Assembly (NCBI GenBank): GCA_013265495.1
Contig: MU057744.1
Coordinates: 2,617,370 to 2,681,369, forward strand
Origin: Vicugna vicugna
Taxonomy: Eukaryota
Direction of reading: 5' to 3'
DNA length: 64,000 bases
In this document: piece by piece, positions 54,200 to 64,000 of the stretch
Layout: the number at the start of each line of letters is the position of its first letter
Position numbering within the stretch: the first letter of the stretch is position 1
Position numbers and translations under genes: made by a program
The notes under the pieces: model-generated
What the model saw: the letters and a program-made list of their open reading frames with translations, nothing else
Databases searched by the model: none
What the model was told of the DNA's origin: nothing

Positions 54200-54450
54200 A
54201 GCTTTGCTGCTGAAGGGGGTGAGAGGCGCCACCTGGAAGTACGCCCCCCGGGGCGTGGGGCGCTGCGCCCGAGGGCCTGAGGAGTGGCCGATCCAGTAGT
54301 CCTCCTGGAGTCGCCCCATCCCACTGAGAGCAGAAGCCCCCGGGACATGAAGCCTGCCACGACCCGGCCTGCAGGGGGCGAGCCGGCGTGGTGGTGCGGT
54401 GGACGTGGGGCTGTTTGAAGTGCCTCTAATGCCGGCTCCGACCTGACTTG
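54200..54450. promoter_or_regulatory. Small CpG island with two CTCF-like motifs
   Basis: CpG-dense; minus strand ttccaggtggcgcc (54225-54238) and plus strand ggcctgcagggggcgagc (54366-54383) match the CTCF core CCASYAGRKGGCR. Confidence 0.55.
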
Positions 54451-57118
54451 AAAATTGAATTTTGGTGCTTACTACTTAGTGTATTTCACCATGCCTTGTT
54501 TTATTGTTTTTCCTGCAAAATATAATTAAAAAATACTTTGCTTCCGTTATGGCCAATTGCAGTGAGCAATCAACTTTGAAAAAAATCCACCAAAATTTGC
54601 ATAGCGGCTGAGGGCTGAGTGAATTTTTCCCTTCAGATACTTACACTTTCGAAGCTTTCTCTGCTTACTGCTGCCTAACAGGTAGAAGTAGTCATTGTCT
54701 GCTCAAGCACTCTGTTTTTCAAGACTTGTTTTCCTTCCTGCAAATTATAGTCTGAAGCTTCAGCTTCTGAACTTTTCTCTTACGTCCAAGATAAAAGACC
54801 TGTAACTACGCTTCACACACAGCGGTGCTTTAATAAATACTTAATTATTTACATTAGCATAAAGTGTGAATTACTCTAAAGCCAAGGATGTCTCATCATT
54901 TTTGAATTTTTGCAACTGACTGTGGCTTTGACATATTAGCTACTCCATTTATTTTCAGTTGGAATAAATTATTATTTCTTTAGCTGAGGACATTCTTATT
55001 TATTATTTGAGAAGCAGTCAATGTTTATATGAAAATGTTCTTTTTGTTAGTTTTCAGTTTTATGTCTGTTTTTCTTGCTTTTCTTCATTGGAATGCACTG
55101 CTCCGTTAATGGTGACAATCGCCGGTGTTTTAGAGTGAGAGATCTACTTTCCGTGTGTATGTTATTTGGCTGAAAAAGATTTTGTTTTATATAGGAACAG
55201 CTAAGAGAAAACTGATAAAATAGCAATAATAACCACGTCCTCGGACCTCAGGGCCTTTAGGAAATTACTTTTCACTTGCTTCACTCCACCTATGAGGAGA
55301 CTGGGCTGAGAGAATTGTTAAGAATTTGAGTCAGAGTCTTTTGAAGAAAAGTCTCTCATTTCAAACATTTTGCCACTCTTTGTATCTGTAAGGACATACG
55401 GCCTTTTATTTGCCACCTGTGGGTTTTGGCTGTTCAGGGAGAGTTGGTTAGGATGTCACAGTTTGGAGCTGGCAGCAGAGAAGAGGGGCAGACAGAGAAG
55501 AGAGCGAAAAGGAGACCAAGAAGGGGGGATCCCATGGCGGCTCACAGCCAGTGAGCTGAAAGAAGGGAACTCCTGGAGGCCAGGCGTGAACGTCTTGTTC
55601 ATCTCTGTCCTTGGCTCCTGACCAAGTGCTGGTCGTTGCCTGCGACCTGAGCACTGGTTTGGTGAACTTAGTCAAGTGAAATAGCTTAACACACTTATAT
55701 GGTGGCCCTGTTAGGTCCGGAGTGTCTCCCGTTTACACATGACAATGTCAAGGCTCAAGAGTGTTACTGGCAGAGGTAGAACTGCAGGGAACTGGGACCT
55801 GAACGTGGTCTTCAGGAGTCCAGAACCCGCAGTATACTGTTTCCACCGTATCAAGGTTTTTCCAGATATGTCCTCAGTCCCATGATGAAGTTAACAAAAA
55901 GAAGGATTGTATGGGAAATCCCACTTGTGGTGTTGCCTCTCCTGCAGTTTCATAAAGCGTGTTAAAATCTCTAGTAAAACCGTTAGTTAAGCAGTTGTTC
56001 CTCTGTCAGCGTTTCTGGAAGGTGGTTTATTGCAGTTTTCAGAATGAGCTCTCTCTTAAGGAGTCAGAGGGAAATGACAGGAAATGTTTACTGTCCGTCA
56101 TAGTAAAATAAAGTGTAGCACTGGCTAAAACATGATGAAATACCATGGTCACCACATTCTGGAGGAAAATAATTTTAGCTTATAGGAAGCTATTAAGAGG
56201 ATGTAAATTAATGCTTTGTAAGATTTCAGTCCTTGTAAATGTATTGGTATAGAGTTTAGTTAGCTACTTGCATCCAAATGTCCTACAACAACAGGACCTA
56301 AAACAGGAAACATAAATTTTAGCATCTACTCCTTCCCCAAAATAAAATAAACAGAAGAAATGGATACTTTTCAGAATTTGTCATTCAGTTACATTATAAA
56401 CTTTGACACTTGGAATCACAAGATCTTTCTCCATTTCAGGAGCTTATTGTAAGTGTTGTATCTGCATTACTGCTTCCTGTCTTTACTTAGCGTTCAGACA
56501 GGTTGCACTGAAGGTGAAGTTAGGAATCCTGCAGTCTTGAGAGCAGGTAGGTGGACGTGAATTAACTGGAACTTAAATAAATTAACAGGTTGTAGAAATT
56601 GTCCCCTGTGGATGACGAGTTCTCTGGAAGATGTTACACTAAAACATCCTCTTTTCTGGATAAGGTATGTGACAGTCACAGGCGCATTTCTCCATTACTG
56701 AGAAAGCTTTGGAGAGAGAAGTAAGCAAGATATACTTAGAATGAAGGGTTAACATAGCGCACTTAATGTCAAACAAAGTCATGACGATTATCTGAATCTT
56801 GTTCAGCTGATTAAGAATAAGACAGCTTATATTAATAGAGATTAAGTAAGCCAGACAAAACATCTGTTAGCATTCCGGCACATCCATTACACCATATACA
56901 GTTTTTCCAAAGAAAATCTGCCATTTCTTATAAAACCTTTGCAGGTTAGAAAGGAAAATGCAACTCACTTTAAAAGAGAACATGTAACTTTCTTAATGAA
57001 ATGTATTCCTTGATTCATTAACCAGATGTGCACTGAACGCGCATCCTGTGTTCTGAGGAGGGAAGGCGGCACATGCGTGAGCAGGTGCTGACGGGGCAGC
57101 TGCTGCTCTTCAGGTTGA

Positions 57119-57678
57119 TGTCGAGGGAGGAGAACGGTTTCCTCTCCTCTTCTAGGTGTTTTTGGCTGGTCTAAGGATCACATTGTCACGAGACAGATTA
57201 ACAGGAGAAAATCGAATTTAACTTTGTGCACATGTGGGGTTCACGAGACAGTGAGGCCCAGAGGGTAGCTAGGCACTGGGGGCTTAGATGTGGTCTGAGG
57301 TGAGAAGGGGTCGGGCTTTGGGATTCCCAGGGGTGGGGAGGAACACAATTTACCGCAAGGTGGGAAAAACAAATGTTGGGTAAACAAGTGTTTGCTGGGC
57401 TCTGCAGAGACGACGGGGCAGAGAGAGGACTTGACATAAAAGCCTTCCTGAGTGTGCCCAGCCTCCCACTTCGGCCGCACTCTCTTACTTAGCTCCGTGA
57501 CAGCTCTCTTCCTGGGAATGGCCCCCGCCTGATCATTTAGGCAGTTCAGGGGAGGAGCAAAAGGTTTCCCCGAGTCTTTTGTGTATTTAAAAAGCAAAAT
57601 AAAACAAAACAAAACTTACCAGCCTAATATAAATCCCATGCCAAAGAGACACGTTTTGGCAAATTTGTCTCTCCTACA
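57119..57678 (-). mobile_element. ERV1-class solo LTR (MER34/MER41-like)
   Basis: tg...ca termini; 'gagacagattaacaggagaaaatc' and 'atgccaaagag' are reverse complements of motifs in the LTR at 62348-63597. Confidence 0.75.
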
Positions 57679-58379
57679 ATGTGCTGTTACTTTTGGGATG
57701 CGAGGAGACATATTCAAAACACGTCCGAAAGGTTTGGGTACAATCCAGAGTCTGACACATGTTAGGAGCTCAGTAAACTGTTGTCGACAGGCGAGACATG
57801 AAAGGGGGACACGGCACATGGTGGTGTCTTCTAACAGACTAGGCATGCAACGCATAATGGCTAAGGAATTCAGGATCGGGAGCTAGCGAAGTGGACTGGA
57901 ACACAGGAGAAAACCCCAGATAGAAGTGGAGCTTACTGTGGATTTCAGAGACGAGAGTACTTTTTTAACGGGCAGTAGGAAAAACATTAGAAGACCAGGA
58001 CTAACGCTGAAAACAGAAGCATCCAGAGATACGGAGATACGAGTATGGGTGGTGTGGGGGAAGGGGAGAGAGACGGCAAAGATGATTGCCGACTTGATGG
58101 GACAGAAAGACTCCGAGCTGGAGACCGAGTTGTAATACACATGGAGTCGCTTTTTCAGAAGAAGGTGAGTGAGGGGTGGGGGAAATCCAGGAGGATATGA
58201 ATTTCAGCTACTGAACATGGACAGATTGAGAAGCTCTTCTGCAGACTCAGGTCTGATGTGAACGGGGGTCTGGTGTAAGAACACGCAAGACAGTGTGCAA
58301 GGTGGTCAGGCGTGAGGAAGGAACAGGTGTGAGAACATTTCAGAGGTTCCACAGGACTTACCAATTACTCATGTTAATA

Positions 58380-60130
58380 AAACAGCAAATTTACTGAAAG
58401 TCAGGTCAACATAAAATAGTAAAGTTTATTTCCAATTTATAAAAAATTATTTTTGCTTAACATAGCAATGGCAACAGAATACTGAGTTACCAAAGGATAT
58501 ATCTGAATGCTATTAAAAACAGAGTGTTACTAAATAAGAAAATCTATTTTGCATAGCAAACAGCAGCAGTAATAAATACTGAGGAATATATTTAACAAAG
58601 GTGTGTGAAACCTTCATGGATAAAAGTATAAAACTTCATTAAAAGATAATATATGACTTAAATTTACTAGACACATAAAATGCTCAGTAGGTGTCATAAT
58701 ATGTCAGTTTTATTAAAAGCATTGTTTCAGGTCTGTGTAATTCCTAACAGAAAGCCAATCATTTTTTTAACCTGAAAGGCTGATTCTAAAATGTATGTGT
58801 AAGAGTTATTAGGGTGAACTTTTGTACTTGATGTATAAAATTAATAGAAAATTGAAGCAACTAAGGCAGTGTTCTTTTGATTAAATGATAAAAAAGTGAA
58901 AAATGAAACAAACGAAAACAACCCAAGATCAGACTGATGCCCACATAGGAACGTGCTATGTGGGTGGGATGATACGCAGGCCAGAAGTGGGTGAGCACAC
59001 TGTGCAATAATGTCTGAAATAATTATTGAACAGGATCTTTATCATACACAAATACAGAAAAATAAATTCTAGATAGGTTAAAGACAAATGTGAAAAACAA
59101 AATTAAAAAATTTTAGCAGAAAATTAACCTTGGGCTGGATGGGGGCAGGGAGGCAGTTCTGTAAACCAAGCAAAGAAACAAAAAACATTAAGAGAAACAT
59201 TTATAAATGTAATTACATTCAAATTAAAATTTCTTTTCAACAATGAAATCATATGAAGAATTTATAAAAACCTTGAAACAACAAGGAAGTGTTAGTAAAT
59301 CCAACAGATAAGAAAGTTTAAGACATCAAATAGTTCATAGAAGACATACGAGTGAAATGAACACACTCCGCATCAGAGTCATCAGAGAAGAGCAGATCTA
59401 AACGAAATGAGATACCAGTTTACGTGTCATAGCGCAAAAATTTAACAATCTGAAAATGATAGGGATGCCGGCCAGGAGAACACTTGGAACCTGCGTGTGG
59501 AATTAAACCAGTATAGCTTTGGAAAAAATAATGATATTACTGGTAATTTGTGTAGGAACCACCCTATGGCGTAGCACTTTTACTGCTAGTTATATACTGT
59601 AGGGAAACCATTTTCATGTGCACAAGGCATCGTTTATCGTAACCAAACATTAGAAAACAGCTTTGCTCTATCCGTGGGAAAACTGATGCACCCATTTTCG
59701 CAAATTCATTTGATGGAATAGCATTCAGCAGTGGAACTGAATGAACTATAGTTGCACATAATAACAGAGTCTTAAAAAACGTAACATTGGATGAAATTCA
59801 ATGAAAAGATAAATTAGTAAATGATTACGGTCTGAAAATAAGCAAAACTAAACAGTACCTTATATGGAAGTATAGGTCTAGAGCAAAAAGCCATAAAACC
59901 AGGGAATGACAAATGTAGAATTCAAAATATTGGTTACTTGTGGTGGGTAGAGAAGATGGTAAAGTTGGGGAGAAACACTCAGAAGATACTAATAACATCG
60001 CTAGTTTTCTGTTTTTTAAGTTGTGACTTTTTAAAAAATACTGTATTATACATATGTAACTATAACATAAATATAATTCTTTTGTATATGTCAAATATTG
60101 TATGAAACCTAGACCATGAAAAAATAAAAT
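58380..60130 (+). mobile_element. Ancient L1 (L1ME-like) ORF2 3' part and 3'UTR
   Basis: A-rich degenerate ORF2 motifs (gctgattctaaaatgtatgtg; aaaataaattctagatagg; catcagagaagagcagatctaaac...gagatacca). Confidence 0.7.
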
Positions 60131-62347
60131 AGCATCAACAGGGTGTGACAGGAACCTGCAACTGAGCAACGCCGGAGTCGTAAGCCTGGTGCAGTGTGCA
60201 GAGGTGACATACTGGTGGTCAGAAAACTTGAATTTTGAGATGGAGCATTCTTTTGAGTATGGGGAGATGGCATAATGTCTTGTCTTTTGCAGACTGACTT
60301 AAGGTGAGGGTAAAATAATTAATTAGATAGCACATTTCACATTGCTAGCCTTAAAGTTTCAGGACATGTCGGGAAAATTTATACAGATTTAGCAAACATC
60401 GCAAAAAAGTTGATAGACAGCCATTAGGTTGCACGGTTTTTGGTTCCTGCACAGTGTGACAGGTGCCGCCTCCCCCTCCCTGCACTTTGGAGGGCTGGCA
60501 TCTTTATCTCTTTCCCCTTCCAATGTCTCTGAAGCCTGCTCTGTCTAAGCTAAGTGCATCCTTTCCCATTTTCAGATTTTTTAATTTTTGCCAATTATGA
60601 CATGCGAACTGGTGTGTCACTTCATTTAAACTTGCACTTCTCTGATGACTCTTGGTACGCATCAGAAATGTCCACACACGAGGCTTTGAGGTAGGTGTTC
60701 AGCTGCAGATGAAACAGACGTGTCCTTTGTTAGAGCTTGTTTTCTAAAGGCCGAGAGAACATACAAGTGACCAAACACAAATTTGAAATAACCTGAGAAT
60801 GATATGATGGAATGAAGTTAGGAGCTTTCTGAACATATATATTTTTTGAGTAAATAAGTGAGGACTGGAACCAACAAGGAAAGAGACAGCTTTTCACTTG
60901 CGCACATCACCAAGAGCAAGTTTAGACAAACGCCCTGGAGGCTGGTGTTTTTCTCAGTGAAACGGATGCACCTTTGTATTATGGATGATTCAGGGCATAT
61001 AGCTCTCAAGGAGGTGGACACCAGCCACACCAGCCACAGCCCATTTCCTTCTCCCACGTTGCACCCCTTGTGGCCTGAGGTTAGAGGTGTGGTTTATGGG
61101 ATTGTGAAGGAACAAGAGTCACCAAAAGTATTCCTTTGCCCTGATTTCACCAGCGTGGCTGTGTTGCTGCCACTTTTATACCTTCTTTTGTTTACAAGTA
61201 TGAAGTTAGAATATTGAATTCCAAATTGCCTCACATGAGTTTTCTTCCTGCATTAATGTATGTGCATTCTTAGCTCCCTGGGCCCTCAGGCCAAGTCAGG
61301 CCATCAGCTGTGCCCAGACTGTGACAAGATGCTCATTTGTATCTGCACTGGGGCCTCGGTGTCCACAGTTCCGAGGATTAAGCCCATAGTTTCCGTGAAA
61401 GTAGGAAATTCACTTTCCAAATCAGAATGCAGACCATGCTACTGACGTTATCCTCCCCCCATGTATTTTACAGAGAAAAACACCAGGCTTTGGGGAATGA
61501 GTCTGGACTTGTTCTCAGGGATACGTGGAAGTGAAATGTTCCCTCCTTGCCCCCCGCATCTGCTCACCCCGGGCTACATTCACTTGCTGCTTACACTCTT
61601 GCAGTGAAATTCCCTTACCTGCTACCCAAACCTGCAATGTCTGATGGGTCATTTGTGTTGTACAGAGGAGCAGAGCTGCTGATAATCTGCACCATTATAC
61701 TAAATAGCCTTCGTAGCTAGAAAGATTGGGTCAGGTTTTTAAAACTCAGTATAGACATTGAATATGATGATATAATTCACAAATAACAGTTTTATTTTAA
61801 ATTTACTATGCTATAGAGAGGTGATAATATGTATTTATGAAATGGAACTCCCAACATTTTAAAATTTAGAGAAGTAGTGTTCAGTAATGACGGCATAGTG
61901 AAATGTTTAGTTCTGTCTTTTTACTTCATTCATTGAGTTTTTCACTCAGCCAATCCTGTAGACTAAGGATGGGTTGTATGATTTCCCTAGTCTTCCCAGC
62001 CAAGAAAGATGAAAGGCTTTAAAGCTCTATTTGCTCTAGTTTATTTATTAATAATTAGCAAATGGCTTGCATTAATGCATACAGTAGACAGTGCAAAAAT
62101 GCAATGCAGCCAACTTGTTTTAGCAGTAAAGCGACATTAATTATTCTTTTCCAACTTATTGCTATATATATATATATGTATATACACACACACAGAGTAA
62201 TTTGATGTAATCCTAGAAATATTCCGGTTTGCATTCCATTCAAGGTGAAACCAAAGAAAAATAAGTTTTCACCAAATACCTGCATTACTAAGCAAACTTA
62301 GTGTGACAGTTGGTCAGTAATCTGAATTGACTTTCTGATACTAACTT

Positions 62348-63597
62348 TGTAGGGGAACAAAACTTGCCACCCAAAACTTGAATTGTTTTAGCCCAATGGA
62401 AAACAGTATGGAGGTTCCTTAAAAAACTAAATATAGAGCTACCATGTGATCCAGCAGTCCTACTCCTGGGCACATATCCAGCAAAACTGAAGACTCTAAT
62501 TCAAAAAGATACACGCACCACAGTGTTCATAGCAGCACTGTTCACAATCGCAAAGATGTGGAAACAGCAAGTGCCCATCAAAAGACAGTTGGCTTGAGAA
62601 GGTGTGGTATATATGTACAGTGGAATATTACTGAGCCATTAAAAAGAATGAAATATTGCCATTTGCAGCAACATGGATGGACCTAGAGAATATTATACTT
62701 AGTAAAGTGTCAGAGAGAGAAAGACACTATATCACTTATATGTGGAATCTAAAAAAACAATACAAATGAACTTACTTACAAAACAAAAACAGACTCCTAG
62801 ACATAGAAAACAAACTTACAGTTACCAAAGGGGAACGGCGAGGGAAGGAGGGGCAAATTAGGACTACAGGCTTAACAGATACAAACCAATACATAACACA
62901 GATGAGCAGCAAGGATTTACTGTACAGCACAGGGAATTATATCCAGTATCTTGTAAACAATGGTAATGGAATGTAATCTGCAAAACGAACCCTGAATCAC
63001 TTTGCTGTACACCTGAAACTAACACAATATTGTAAATTAACCATATTTCAATATTTAAAAAAGCTAAAAAAAAATATTGCCGCCCCAAAATAGCTCTTTG
63101 GCATACAGATTATTTGGGGCTAGAGACAATGAAGGCCCAGAAGACTCTGAAAGAAAACTTGACCTTCCCCCTAACTGCCTAACAGTATAGCTGGAGGACC
63201 TGTTCCAGGAGGAAGCATTACTGTTGACAGTTATGTTATGGATCAGGGGAGGTGACAGGGAGGGACCTGGCAACATCTGTGTTAAAACTCCTCTCTGTGT
63301 CCCATGGTCTCTGCTTACCAGACATTACCAGACACTCGCTTTTCCATCTCCATGTCAGTCGCTTCCTTCCCCGTCAAGGGCCCAGAGCACTACACACAAC
63401 GTCCTCTTCTGTCCGTAGCTGAGGACAGTGTCTAAGGTGAGGCTTTCAGCCACTTTGGTGAGTTCGTCTGCTTCCCGCATATACGTGTTCTTCAACTGCG
63501 TTTGATTTTCTCCTGTTAACCTGTCTCATGTCAGTTTAATTCTTAAACCACCTGGAATGACCTGCAAGGACAGAGGAAAATTTATTTCTCCCTAACA
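62348..63597 (+). mobile_element. ERV1-class solo LTR interrupted by an L1
   Basis: tgtagggg...ctaaca termini with 4-bp TSD actt (62344-47 / 63598-601). Confidence 0.85.
62377..63070 (+). mobile_element. 5'-truncated L1 3' end nested in the LTR
   Basis: Degenerate TSD aaaacttgccacccaaaa (62359-76) / aaaatattgccgccccaaaa (63071-90); ORF2 C-terminal motifs and A-tail. Confidence 0.9.
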
Positions 63598-63649
63598 ACT
63601 TCACTTTTGTTTTGGTTTTTATGGCATGCGTCTGGGTTACTAATGTTTT

Positions 63650-63800
63650 ATTTCAGGGCATTGTGACCATTTTACAGGTGAGGAAGTGCAGTTGCATGGA
63701 GGTTAACTAATGTGACCAAAGCTCACATAGTTCATTATAATTTGAGATACTATTCAAAGCCAGGTCTGTAAACTTCAGAGCTTGAGCACTTATCTGCTTT
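63650..63800 (-). mobile_element. MIR SINE fragment
   Basis: 'ccattttacaggtgaggaagtg...gaggttaactaatgtgaccaaagctcacatag...attcaaagccaggtctg'. Confidence 0.7.
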
Positions 63801-64000
63801 ATTATGCAGCAGCAGTCAATCAATAAAACTTTGTCTAAGTGAATTTTGCTACCTGAGAATCAGAGTGCCAAACTGTAAGTTGAAAAGATTAAAGAAGTTA
63901 ATTCAGAATTTGAGAGAATGGTAGAATGCTGATAATAAAGCTGGAATCTCTTAGAAAGTGTTGGACCTTGTTATTTGTGCGTGCGTGTGTGTGTGTCTAT

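Noticed and set aside
53754..54360. Chain of minus-strand ORFs suggesting a processed pseudogene
   Set aside because: No recognisable protein in any frame, and no polyA or TSD found
1..64000. CRISPR arrays, operons or prokaryotic defence systems
   Set aside because: The sequence is mammalian; no regularly spaced repeat-spacer array or dense gene cluster is present

Overview
Repeat-rich, apparently non-coding (intergenic or deep intronic) mammalian DNA. It is most likely camelid, judging from a Vic-1-like tRNA-derived SINE and camelid-style L1 3' ends. I cannot support any intact protein-coding exon: every recognisable ORF in the track is a broken LINE-1 ORF1/ORF2 fragment. The window contains a TSD-flanked near-full-length dead L1 (21.1-26.3 kb), an L1 lacking its RT region (14.2-17.2 kb), many truncated L1 3' ends, several ERV1/ERVL/MaLR solo LTRs, MIR/L2 relics, and MER8- and MER5A-like DNA elements. 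It also has a TSD-flanked, 5'-truncated retrocopy of an mRNA 3'UTR that I recognise as SET. The most interesting observations are: apparent AT->GC-biased decay of repeats; a CpG island partly built from a MIR with a nested MER8, with splice and polyA signals; a divergent CTCF-like motif pair at 54.2-54.4 kb; an ~80% identical inverted repeat in ancient L1 at 59.4/60.6 kb; a tail-to-tail L1 pair; and a candidate 9-nt microexon. I found no convincing novel multi-gene system. Repeat family names come from recalled consensus sequences, not from a database search.
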